Positions 18,692-27,118 of a stretch of 64,000 bases of DNA are shown piece after piece; the first letter of the stretch is position 1, and each line of letters opens with the position of its first letter. A program made the translations under genes and the position numbers. The notes beneath the pieces are model-generated. The model made no database searches and was not told the origin of the DNA. It saw only the letters and a list, made by a program, of their open reading frames with translations. This DNA is from Trueperaceae bacterium (GTDB taxonomy: Bacteria > Deinococcota > Deinococci > Deinococcales > Trueperaceae), in the NCBI GenBank assembly GCA_040905465.1, contig JBBDRK010000067.1, forward strand, positions 19,042-83,041, in the 5' to 3' direction.

Positions 18692-20320
18692 TTACGAACC
18701 ATGCTCAACCACGCCGAAGAGTTTGTCTCGAGGCGTCAGCCTGATCTCTTCAGGCCACTCCAGCGGCACACCTCGCTGAACGAGGATGCTCTGCAACTTC
18801 TGTACCCGTCTCTCCGACGAATAAACCTCAGCCGGAGAGACATCGTGATCGAGGCAGTACGCCGCCAAGACGCCGGCCGCCTCTCCTATGTTCCACTCCA
18901 CAGGATGCAGGCGGTAGCAACCGTTCGTAATGTGGGTAGTGCCAATGCTTTTTCCCGCGGCCAAGAGGTTTTGGACGCGACACGGGATAAGGCTACCCAG
19001 GGGAATCTGGAAGGGCCAGTTACTGAGGTCGACGTAGTTGCGCTGGCCGCTACTGGGGTGAAGATCGATGCGGTAGGATCCGATGCCGACACTGTCGCTG
19101 AAGATCTCAGCACCCTTCGTCCCCTTGCGCGCCTCCACGCCCACGTGGTTCTCGGTCACGGTGAACAAAGCCTTGATGCGTCGCCCTTCACGAACGTAAG
19201 GGTATTTGGTGAGGCCGTCATCCGTTCCGAGGATGTCTCCGCGCAGCCTCAGGCCGGGATAACCTGTGCCGCCATCATGCCTTGGCGCTTCGCTCTGCAT
19301 CCAGAACATCAGTGAGAGTGCCAGCTGTCGAGCGCCCCTGATGTGACGCTGGTTGTCCTCGGAACTCCCGCCAACAATCGGTCCCAGAGTATAGTCCAAC
19401 TGCGGCCAGTTCACCATCACGATGTCACTTGGATAGAGTCCATCGGGGTAGTAGCGGCGGTAGAAGATCCGGCGGTAGTGCCAGAGATCGTTGGCGGCGG
19501 TAGCATCCGTGGGAGCTGCAAAAAGCCCACGTGTTTCCGGCTCGAGTGTCATTGGGTGGCTCGTCGTCCAGGAAAGCTGCTTCGCGGGCCAGTAGGAGGG
19601 CTGATAATCGCGCCAGAAGTCGTAATCCTCTGGTCGCTCTATCGTGTGGTCTTCCCCCGGGTGATAGGAGATGGCGAAACACCAGGAGACAGCCTGTTGA
19701 TCGAACGGGTCGGCAGCGTCGGGTAGTGCAGAGGGCTCCCCCGTCTGGTCCTGACTCTCCGATCCAATGACGTGTTCGACGTCGGCCAGCGGCAGGAGGT
19801 CGCCCAGCTCGGTTGCGTCGAGCACGTAGGGCGCCGCTGCCACCGTCTCGGCCCCGCTATGCAAGTTACTGAAGCGCACCGAAGTGATCCTGTCCCCCGA
19901 TGTCTCGGCCGCGACGCTCTTGTGATTCATCAGGATGGTCAGTTTCCCAGTAGCGAGGAACGGCGCGAGCATCTCCCCAATCACGGCCACCGCCACGTGC
20001 GGTTCATGGCACAGCGGGCTCACGTTGCCGGAACCCGGATTGAGGAGCTCTGTGCATCTCACGGTGGGGAGCAGAGGGTAGTTTCGACGGTAGTAATCGC
20101 GGATGCCATTGCGAAGCCGACGGTATGAAGAGGTACAACCTGTCTGCTCGATCCAATCGTGTTCGTCCGGTGGCACTGCCTGCGTCGTCAGTTGTCCTCC
20201 CAGCCAGTCGCACTCCTCGGTGAGGGTGACACTCTTACCGGCCTCCAGAACGGAGAGGGCGGCAGCAACGCCGCCCAGGCCGCCTCCGACAATCAGAACG
20301 TCGCATTTCACGTCAGTCAC
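18692..20320 (-). CDS. FAD-dependent oxidoreductase (FAD_oxidored / PF12831-like)
   Basis: GGGLGGVAAA, WLGGQLTTQAVPPDE, DATELGD, PYVREGRRI, YRLHPVEWNIGEAAG; GTG 20320 behind GAGG. Confidence 0.85.
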   Translation of the reverse strand: MTDVKCDVLIVGGGLGGVAAALSVLEAGKSVTLTEECDWLGGQLTTQAVPPDEHDWIEQTGCTSSYRRLRNGIRDYYRRNYPLLPTVRCTELLNPGSGNVSPLCHEPHVAVAVIGEMLAPFLATGKLTILMNHKSVAAETSGDRITSVRFSNLHSGAETVAAAPYVLDATELGDLLPLADVEHVIGSESQDQTGEPSALPDAADPFDQQAVSWCFAISYHPGEDHTIERPEDYDFWRDYQPSYWPAKQLSWTTSHPMTLEPETRGLFAAPTDATAANDLWHYRRIFYRRYYPDGLYPSDIVMVNWPQLDYTLGPIVGGSSEDNQRHIRGARQLALSLMFWMQSEAPRHDGGTGYPGLRLRGDILGTDDGLTKYPYVREGRRIKALFTVTENHVGVEARKGTKGAEIFSDSVGIGSYRIDLHPSSGQRNYVDLSNWPFQIPLGSLIPCRVQNLLAAGKSIGTTHITNGCYRLHPVEWNIGEAAGVLAAYCLDHDVSPAEVYSSERRVQKLQSILVQRGVPLEWPEEIRLTPRDKLFGVVEHGS

Positions 20321-20555
20321 GAATGTCAACCTCTTTTATGCGATGGGCTCGGATAACTTGGCGTGGCATCGCAGGGAAGAGACTCTTGCCTGGCGTACCG
20401 CGGATGTTGCTCTCGGGCCAGCGACCGGCTGGTACCCTCGAATTGGACGAAGGTTCCCAGACGCATCGTGCGACTAGCCGACAGCTTCTGCCGCTACGCC
20501 AATCCGCTCGCTGTCGACTAATAGTCAGCACTCTGGACCTTTACCTTCCGCTCGG

Positions 20556-20598
20556 TGATTATACGCATAATCATACTGATCGTTGCGGTCCTTGTCAA
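20556..20598 (-). promoter_or_regulatory. Sigma70 promoter with overlapping LacI operator heading the carbohydrate operon
   Basis: TTGACA (20593-20598), 17-bp spacer, TATGAT (20570-20575); palindrome TGATTATACGCATAATCA at 20556-20573. Confidence 0.8.
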
Positions 20599-20765
20599 TG
20601 GAAAGTTTGTGCCGGCAAATATTGAAGTGTATATACACCTACATCGGCTCGTCTACAGTTCGGTCCACGCGCTTTGGCCTGCGGAACAGCGGACGCGAGC
20701 AACCAGCTACGTGTAGCTGGTTGACACCGGCGAGTCCGCTACCTCTAAGCCGGTTACATTTGGAC

Positions 20766-22445
20766 ATGGCGAACCGAGAGAACGGCCTCAAACGGGCAAT
20801 ACCGGCGCTCTCCACGGCAATTTCGAACGCGCTGAACCGCGCACGGAACCTGGTCATTGACCTGCTCCCCGGGGAGCGGCCCAGGTTGCTCGTTATCGAG
20901 CTGAGCGGCAGCTACCCGGCGCGTCGCCCCAAGCTCAAGCTGTTTTCGGTGGCGACGGTTATGGGGGCCAAACGCGAGCAGTCCCAGGAGGAGCTCGCCG
21001 ATATCGTCTCCACGCTGATCGCTACTCCCTGGCTCGACGGCGTGGTCCTGCGCTTGGCCGAATTGCACGTCGACGTGGCCACCGCCTACGCTCTGCGGAG
21101 TCAGATAGAGCGCCTGAAAGCCGGCGGAAAGCGAGTGGTCGTTACCACCAGCGATCTCAACACCGTCAGCTACTACCTGGCGAGCGCGGCCGACGAGATC
21201 GTGGCTCCCGAGGGGGCCATGCTCTGGGTTCACGGATCAGCCATCACCGCCACGTTCATGGCTGATGCACTCGAGCGCTTCGGAGTGCGTTTCGAGAAGC
21301 TCGCCATCGACGAGTACAAGAATGCCGGTGATCAGCTCGCATTGTCCGAGATGAGCGAACCGCAGCGGCGCCAGTACGACGCCCTCCTCGACAGTGTCGA
21401 GGCGAGCTATGTCGCCGCGGTCGGCTCGGGACGCGATCGCCCCGGCGAAGAGGTACTCGATTGGATCGATCGCGGCGTTACCTCTGCCCAGAGTGCCTTC
21501 GATCTCGGGATGATCGACCGGGTCGCGTACGAGGACGAGTTCCTCAGTGAGAAGCACCAGCCCTACGCATCCGCCGCTCGCTTTCTGCCTGCGCGTACCC
21601 GCGCCGATGGTGGTGGCCGCGTGGCGGTGGTTTCGCTCGAAGGCAACATCGTGCCGGGCAAGTCACGGCGCTCACCGATACCGGTTCCGATTTTCGGTGA
21701 GAGGCTTGCCGGGAGCGAGACATTGGTCCGTGCGCTGCGTGCGGTGGGCCGCGATCCGAGCACCAAGGCGATCGTCTTTCACGTCGATTCGGGCGGAGGA
21801 TCTGCTGTCGCCAGCGACCTCATCTGGCGCGAGGTGAAGCTGCTCGCCCAGCGCATGCCGGTCGTCGCCGTGATGGGCCAGTTGGCGGCCAGTGGCGGTT
21901 ACTACGTACTGACCCATGCAACCCGCGTCCTGGCGGCGCCGGCTACCATCACCGGCTCCATCGGCGTGCTGATGGCAAAGCTCGTGCTCGAGGAGTTCAA
22001 CGCCCGCTACGGGCTGAACCCCGAGACGCTCAAGCGTGGTCGCTACGCCGGCATGCTGGGTAGTGCCCGCCCCTGGGACGATGCCGAGCGGGATCTGGTG
22101 GAGCGCAGCAATCGCGAGGTCTATCGGCGCTTCGTCGATAGAGTTGCCAGCGGCCGCAACATGACGGTAGAGCGCGTCAACGAGATAGGTCGAGGCCGAA
22201 TCTGGTCGGGGGCAAGCGCACTGGAGCTTGGCCTGGTTGACGAGATCGGCGACGTGCACGTTGCAGTTGAGCGGGCCAAGGAGCTCGCCGGACTCGACCG
22301 CGAAGCACCGGTCTGGAACGTTCACGCACCGCAAAAACTGCTGCTGCCTGCCGACGGTGACCCCCGGGTCGTCCTGCGCGCGTGGGCACCGCTACTGAGC
22401 GAGCCTGTGCTGCTGATGCACGAGGCCGCGCTCAACTTCGACTGA
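20766..22445 (+). CDS. sppA: Signal peptide peptidase SppA (protease IV, S49, tandem domains)
   Basis: YYLASAADEI, EYKNAGD (Lys), VDSGGGSAVASDLIW, AASGGYY (Ser), TITGSIGV, GRIWSG. Confidence 0.9.
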   Translation: MANRENGLKRAIPALSTAISNALNRARNLVIDLLPGERPRLLVIELSGSYPARRPKLKLFSVATVMGAKREQSQEELADIVSTLIATPWLDGVVLRLAELHVDVATAYALRSQIERLKAGGKRVVVTTSDLNTVSYYLASAADEIVAPEGAMLWVHGSAITATFMADALERFGVRFEKLAIDEYKNAGDQLALSEMSEPQRRQYDALLDSVEASYVAAVGSGRDRPGEEVLDWIDRGVTSAQSAFDLGMIDRVAYEDEFLSEKHQPYASAARFLPARTRADGGGRVAVVSLEGNIVPGKSRRSPIPVPIFGERLAGSETLVRALRAVGRDPSTKAIVFHVDSGGGSAVASDLIWREVKLLAQRMPVVAVMGQLAASGGYYVLTHATRVLAAPATITGSIGVLMAKLVLEEFNARYGLNPETLKRGRYAGMLGSARPWDDAERDLVERSNREVYRRFVDRVASGRNMTVERVNEIGRGRIWSGASALELGLVDEIGDVHVAVERAKELAGLDREAPVWNVHAPQKLLLPADGDPRVVLRAWAPLLSEPVLLMHEAALNFD

Positions 22446-22612
22446 CAAGAGGTTGTCCAGTCGGAGAACGGGGAGGCGATATCGCGATTAGTTTAGTTGA
22501 TGCCAATATTGGCCCACTCCGCGAACTAGGCCTCAGGCGGCTACTCCACAAGCCCTTCCGGCTCGGGTGGTTTAGCGGTTGCGACGGCTGTTCAGGTTAC
22601 ATGTCGAGCGCT

Positions 22613-22996
22613 TCAGCGGCCGGCCGGCTGAAACAGTTCGACAAGGTTTCCGGACGGGTCGACGAGCAGAATCTGTGAACCGCCCGGTCCGGTCACGACA
22701 TCGTTGCGGAACTGCACGCCTGCGCTGCGCAACCGCGCCACCTCATTGGCAAGGTCATCGACGACGAGGTGAATACGGTTCCAGCCGCCGGGCCGGGGCC
22801 TCTCACCGTCGGGCATCGGTCGTCCTGCCGAACTGGTGGAGCCGCTTATCAGGAGCCGCAGCGAACCGAGCTTGACGTCCGCGAACGCCGGTGCCCGGTC
22901 GGATAGGAGCGTGAAGCCGAGGTGATTCGTGTACCACCTGACTGCAGCTTCGACATCGTCGACCATGTAACGGACATTGACGGTACCTTCGGACAT
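22613..22996 (-). CDS. VOC/glyoxalase family protein
   Basis: VRYMVDDV, PGGWNRIHL.VDDL, GPGGSQIL.VDPSGNLVELFQP. Confidence 0.88.
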   Translation of the reverse strand: MSEGTVNVRYMVDDVEAAVRWYTNHLGFTLLSDRAPAFADVKLGSLRLLISGSTSSAGRPMPDGERPRPGGWNRIHLVVDDLANEVARLRSAGVQFRNDVVTGPGGSQILLVDPSGNLVELFQPAGR

Positions 22997-23040
22997 GCTT
23001 TCCTCGCCTCCCTCGAATTCTGGACCTTACGGCTGGCCGT

Positions 23041-23302
23041 TTACCAGGCCGTTCGTTTCGAACCCATGTTTAGCTGTGGAGTAGACCCCGTATTGGAGAA
23101 AGTTGAAGCTATCCGGCCAACGGAATGTGATGACGGACTATAGATGCGCAGCTCGTCCTCGCGCAGATTGAACACCAGCTCGAATGTGCCGCTCGGGATT
23201 ATCCTCTCCCGCTGGTGCTCACCGGCATAGTTCTTGTAGAGCCGGAAATCCTCCACTAACTCAGCAAGGGGAGGGCCGGGGATGTATGAACGAAAAGAGC
23301 AT
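23041..23302 (-). pseudogene. Frameshifted, truncated N-terminal fragment of an AraC-family regulator
   Basis: Removing one T from the TTTT run after ATG 23302 gives MLFRSYIPGPPLAELVEDFRLYKNYAGEHQRERIIPSGTFELVFNLREDELRIY; similarity then ends and no HTH follows. Confidence 0.65.
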
Positions 23303-23377
23303 CATAATCAGCAACTTAGTCTATTCGGCCGTGGTGAATGCGGTAAAAGCTCGCTGCCGGAGATACACATATGTGCC

Positions 23378-23408
23378 TTGACAGGCATATGCCGCATGGG
23401 GTATATAT
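23378..23408 (+). promoter_or_regulatory. Promoter and ArsR-type operator
   Basis: TTGACA at 23378 followed by imperfect palindrome ATATGCCGCATGGGGTATAT (23387-23406). Confidence 0.55.
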
Positions 23409-23503
23409 GGGGTCGAGGAGGATGCCAATGACGAGGTGAGGCGAGAACGACCGAGAGGCGAGCGAACGATGAGGGGAGTCACCTTTCAGGGAAGAGTTCG
23501 GGC

Positions 23504-23827
23504 ATGCACACCACAACTTTGAGCGTCCTAGCCGAACCGAATCGCCTGCGCATCGTCGAACTCCTGCGCGACGGTCCCCTGACCGTGGGTGAGATCGCCG
23601 ACCGGCTCGGCCTGCGCCAGCCCCAAACATCGAAGCACCTGAAGGTGCTTAGCGACAACGGGATATTGGACGTGACGGTCGATGCCAACCGCCGGATCTA
23701 CAAGCTCCGACCAGAACCCTTCCAAGCTCTGGATGCCTGGCTGCACTCCTTCCGACCGACAATGGAAGAAAGACTCGACAATCTGGATGACTACTTGCGG
23801 GAACTGCAGAGCAAGGACAACCAGTAG
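23504..23827 (+). CDS. ArsR/SmtB family transcriptional regulator
   Basis: LAEPNRLRIVELL, TVGEIA..L..RQPQTSKHLKVL, RRIYKL. Confidence 0.9.
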   Translation: MHTTTLSVLAEPNRLRIVELLRDGPLTVGEIADRLGLRQPQTSKHLKVLSDNGILDVTVDANRRIYKLRPEPFQALDAWLHSFRPTMEERLDNLDDYLRELQSKDNQ

Positions 23828-23857
23828 GAACGGGAACAAAGACAAGGAGAGTCACGA

Positions 23858-24373
23858 ATGCCCGACAGCAAAATGATTTCGAGAATAGAAAGCGATAAGG
23901 TTCTGGTGCTGGAGCGCGTTTTCGATGCGCCGCGTGAACTCGTGTTCAAGATGTTCAAGGAGCCCGAGCATCTCGTTCACTGGTGGGGTCCGAGAGGCTG
24001 GGAGCTGCCGGTTTGCAAAATGGATTTCCGGCCAGGCGGCGTTTGGCACTACTGCATGAAATGCGCCGATAAGGCGCAGGGCGAGTTCTACGGCATGGAG
24101 TCTTGGGGTAAAGCCGTATACGAGCAAATCGACGAGCCCGAGAAGATCGTCTACACCGATTACTTCTGCGACGCGGAGGGCAAGGAAAACGACTCGATGC
24201 CGTCGACCGCGGTCACGATGGAGTTCATCGACCTTGGCGGTAAGACGAAGATCGTCAGCCGTTCCGAGTATGTTTCGGCCGAAGCCCTGAAGACTGTCAT
24301 GGACATGGGCATGATGCAAGGCATCACCGAAACCTGGGACCGCCTGGAAGAGCGTCTGGACGAGATCAAGTAA
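23858..24373 (+). CDS. SRPBCC / AHSA1 domain protein
   Basis: ERVFDAPRELVF, WWGP, DFRPGGVWHYCM, PEKIVYTD. Confidence 0.9.
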   Translation: MPDSKMISRIESDKVLVLERVFDAPRELVFKMFKEPEHLVHWWGPRGWELPVCKMDFRPGGVWHYCMKCADKAQGEFYGMESWGKAVYEQIDEPEKIVYTDYFCDAEGKENDSMPSTAVTMEFIDLGGKTKIVSRSEYVSAEALKTVMDMGMMQGITETWDRLEERLDEIK

Positions 24374-24428
24374 GCAACATCGAGTAAGCAACATGGGACG
24401 GCCGCCGGGCTTCGGGAGACGGCGGCCG
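24365..24428 (+). terminator. 14-bp tandem duplication at the stop codon followed by a GC stem-loop between convergent genes
   Basis: ATCAAGTAAGCAAC / ATCGAGTAAGCAAC (24365-24392); CGGCCGCCG...CGGCGGCCG (24399-24428). Confidence 0.5.
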
Positions 24429-24481
24429 ACTCTTGTCCAGGCGTGAAGACCATGTTCCGATCAGCGACACCTGCCGCTCGA

Positions 24482-25081
24482 TCAATTGAAGGCGATGCCG
24501 GCCGTGGTGGTTACGCTGCCCCGGTACAGGAAGGTGACCTGCCGTAGCGCTGCCACCTTGTCGAACGGCGTGATGGCCGCAATTGCGTCTTCAGGCACCA
24601 CCACTCGGTAGTAGCGTAAGGCAGCCGAACCAGCCGTGTGCAGCACGCAAATATTGGCTACCGTTCCCGCCACCACTACATCCGTCACACCCCACTGGCG
24701 CAGCACGTGATCGAGGGAGGTGCCGTAGAAGGCGTCATAGCGCAACTTCTTGATGCGCATCTCGCCCTCATGCGGCGTCAGTTCGTCTACGACCTCGGCG
24801 CCCCAGGTTCCGGCTTTGGCGTGTTCCCCCCAGATGGCGAACTCCGGATCGTCATCTGTGTGCCAGTCCTGCGTGAAGACGATCCGCAGCCTTTCCTCAC
24901 GGGCGGCGGTCAGCAGTGCCCGGACGGCCGGCAGGACGGTGTTGGCGTCCTCTGAGTAGAGAACGCCGTCGGGATGGGCGAAGTCGTTCTGCATATCGAC
25001 AACGACGAGGGCCGTTGAACTCGGGTCGAGCGCAACACGATCCTCGCGCGGAATGTCGGGTACTTGGATGCCTTCTTGCAT
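24482..25081 (-). CDS. Isochorismatase / nicotinamidase-like cysteine hydrolase
   Basis: VVDMQNDF, QDWH, WGEH...GTWG, K.RYDAFYGT, GTVANICVLHTA. Confidence 0.88.
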   Translation of the reverse strand: MQEGIQVPDIPREDRVALDPSSTALVVVDMQNDFAHPDGVLYSEDANTVLPAVRALLTAAREERLRIVFTQDWHTDDDPEFAIWGEHAKAGTWGAEVVDELTPHEGEMRIKKLRYDAFYGTSLDHVLRQWGVTDVVVAGTVANICVLHTAGSAALRYYRVVVPEDAIAAITPFDKVAALRQVTFLYRGSVTTTAGIAFN

Positions 25082-25161
25082 CGATCGTCCTCCTACTGTC
25101 CAGGGCGGGAGTTGTCACCGTGGCTGTGATCGTGCCACGCGCTTCTCTCGGCCGCCGCGTT

Positions 25162-25929
25162 TTACTCCGACTGTACTCCTGACTGACCGCTGTTCTCCGG
25201 CAGCTTCTCCCAGACCGACACGTGCTCGCGACTCTCGCTCGTGAACGGCTCCCGCTTCCAACTCGCCCAACGCTCACGCAACCTCATCCCGGCCAACTGG
25301 GCCATCAGGTCGAGCTCCGCCGGCCACACGTAACGGAAGGGTATCGAAAGGCGCTCGATCCTTCCGTCGACGAGTTCGATGTGATGCGATGTCAGGCCCT
25401 GGTTCGCTACGTCATACTCGTCGAAGCCCCACCGCGTCTCGCTCGCGTGGAAAACACGGATCGTCTCGCCGGGCGGAAGCCGTTGGAGCGCCGGGACGCC
25501 TACCTCGATGACGAAGCTTCCACCGGGCTCGAGGTGCGCCGCAACGTTTCGGAAACATTCGACCTGCGCAGCCTGCGTCGTCAGGTTCATGATCGTGTTG
25601 AAGACCAGGTAAGCGACGGAGAACGAACCGGGAACCGTGACCGTGGCGAAGTCGCCTACCGTCACATCGATCGATTCGCCGCCGGGCTTGGCGCGCAGTC
25701 GCGCGGCCATCGCCGCTGAAATGTCGATGCCCTGCACCTGGACGCCCCGCTTCGCGAGCGGTAGGGCGATCCTGCCCGTGCCGATGCCGAGCTCGAGCGC
25801 GCGCCCGTTTCCGGCGAGTTCGGCGAGGAGATCGACGACCGGTTCGACTAGGTCAGGGTCGAACAACTCCTGAGCAGCCTCGTCGTACCTCTCGGCGACG
25901 TGTTCGTCGAAGTAACCGTCGTCGTGCAC
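25162..25929 (-). CDS. Class I SAM-dependent methyltransferase
   Basis: ALELGIGTGRIALPLA, GIDIS, GDF, YLVFNT. Confidence 0.9.
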   Translation of the reverse strand: MHDDGYFDEHVAERYDEAAQELFDPDLVEPVVDLLAELAGNGRALELGIGTGRIALPLAKRGVQVQGIDISAAMAARLRAKPGGESIDVTVGDFATVTVPGSFSVAYLVFNTIMNLTTQAAQVECFRNVAAHLEPGGSFVIEVGVPALQRLPPGETIRVFHASETRWGFDEYDVANQGLTSHHIELVDGRIERLSIPFRYVWPAELDLMAQLAGMRLRERWASWKREPFTSESREHVSVWEKLPENSGQSGVQSE

Positions 25930-25938
25930 ACCAGGAGT

Positions 25939-26178
25939 CTAACGACTCAGCGAGGTTGCTTCCATTACGCGGATGAAGTTATCGGCGGATTCGCTCGCTT
26001 CGAGAAGCTCTTCCCAGTCGCGGTGCACCAGGTTCGCAAGCGACGCTTCGGTCTCACGCCCGTACGCCTCTTCCCATCTCTCGAGGTGCTCTCCCAAGTA
26101 GGCGTTGAGCCACTGTTTGACGGTGGGCGCGTCAGATCGACGAAGAGGGCGGAACTCGGTTGTTGTCACGAGCGTCAA
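25939..26178 (-). other. Short ORF, possibly the truncated N-terminus of a GNAT-type protein
   Basis: FRPLRRSDAPTV opening resembles GNAT strand 1/helix 1; the ORF stops after about 80 aa with no acetyl-CoA motif. Confidence 0.35.
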
Positions 26179-26198
26179 TCTAGCACCAGGACGTGACC

Positions 26199-26243
26199 TT
26201 GACACTGTTAACCAAAGCGTTTACAGTTAACGAGATGGTAAAC
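26199..26243 (+). promoter_or_regulatory. Promoter for a probably leaderless ArsR transcript with two operator-like sites
   Basis: TTGACA (26199-26204), 17 bp, TACAGT (26222-26227), ATG 7 nt later; TTAACCAAAGCGTTTA and TTAACGAGATGGTAAA. Confidence 0.65.
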
Positions 26244-26564
26244 AATACATCACTCGACCGCACCTTTGCTGCACTGTCGGATCCCACCCGGCGGGCGATT
26301 CTCGGTCGACTCGCCGATGGTGGCGCGACAGTCGGGGAGCTCGCCGAGCCCTTCGACATGTCGCTTCCGGCCGTCTCGAAACACGTGCGTGTCTTGGAGG
26401 AGGCCGGCCTGCTGGCCAAGCGCCACGTCGGAAGGACCGTCCATTGCAGCCTCAACGGCGAGCCGATGAAAGAGGCCGCCGGCTGGCTCGAGCGGTATAG
26501 CGTCTTCTGGACGCTTACATTGAACCGGCTCGAGGACTTCTTGAGCAACGAGGAGGAAGCGTGA
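26235..26564 (+). CDS. ArsR/SmtB family transcriptional regulator
   Basis: LDRTFAALSDPTRRAIL.RL, TVGELAEPFDMSLPAVSKHVRVLEEAGL. Confidence 0.92.
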   Translation: MVNNTSLDRTFAALSDPTRRAILGRLADGGATVGELAEPFDMSLPAVSKHVRVLEEAGLLAKRHVGRTVHCSLNGEPMKEAAGWLERYSVFWTLTLNRLEDFLSNEEEA

Positions 26565-27004
26565 CCAGTACCAAGGGAACAGATCTCAGCCTTCAGGTCG
26601 AGCGGGTCATCAGCGCGTCGCCGGAGCGGGCCTATCGTGCCTGGACGGACCCGCAGCGAATGAAGAGTTGGTTCGCGCCAAGCGAGGAGATGGCGGTCGA
26701 GGCGGAGGTCGACCTTCGTGTGGGCGGGAAATATCGTGTGTCAATGGGTCCGTACGTTGTGCACGGCGTGTACCAGGAGGTGGCGCCGGCCCGGCGCCTG
26801 GTGTTCAGCTGGCAGTGGCGGGGCGAAACCCCGTCGAACGACATGCTCGTGACCGTCGAATTCCTGGAGCATCCCACCGGAACGCGCGTACTGATTACGC
26901 ATGACCGGCTCGCCGACGAAGACTCCCGCGAACAGCACACCAACGGCTGGACTGCCATGCTCTCGCGGCTCGAGAGCCTGAGCAAGACAAACGAACTGGA
27001 TTAG
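26561..27004 (+). CDS. SRPBCC / AHSA1 domain protein
   Basis: AWTDP..M.SWF, DLRVGGKY, RLVFSW.W, H..GW; GTGA overlap with arsR. Confidence 0.9.
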   Translation: MTSTKGTDLSLQVERVISASPERAYRAWTDPQRMKSWFAPSEEMAVEAEVDLRVGGKYRVSMGPYVVHGVYQEVAPARRLVFSWQWRGETPSNDMLVTVEFLEHPTGTRVLITHDRLADEDSREQHTNGWTAMLSRLESLSKTNELD

Positions 27005-27118
27005 CTGGTCCACCGGTTAGGCCGGGAGCGTGGGGCTGGTCTGCCTCGACGGTCATGCCAACCGCGAGGCGGCGTACCGAATTAAGCGAGAGTCCTGACC
27101 GGCGCGACGAGCAGCTAC

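Noticed and set aside
22541-23084. Inverted CTACTCCACA / TGTGGAGTAG flanking the VOC gene as mobile-element ends
   Set aside because: Only 10 bp, no transposase and no target duplication; compatible with chance
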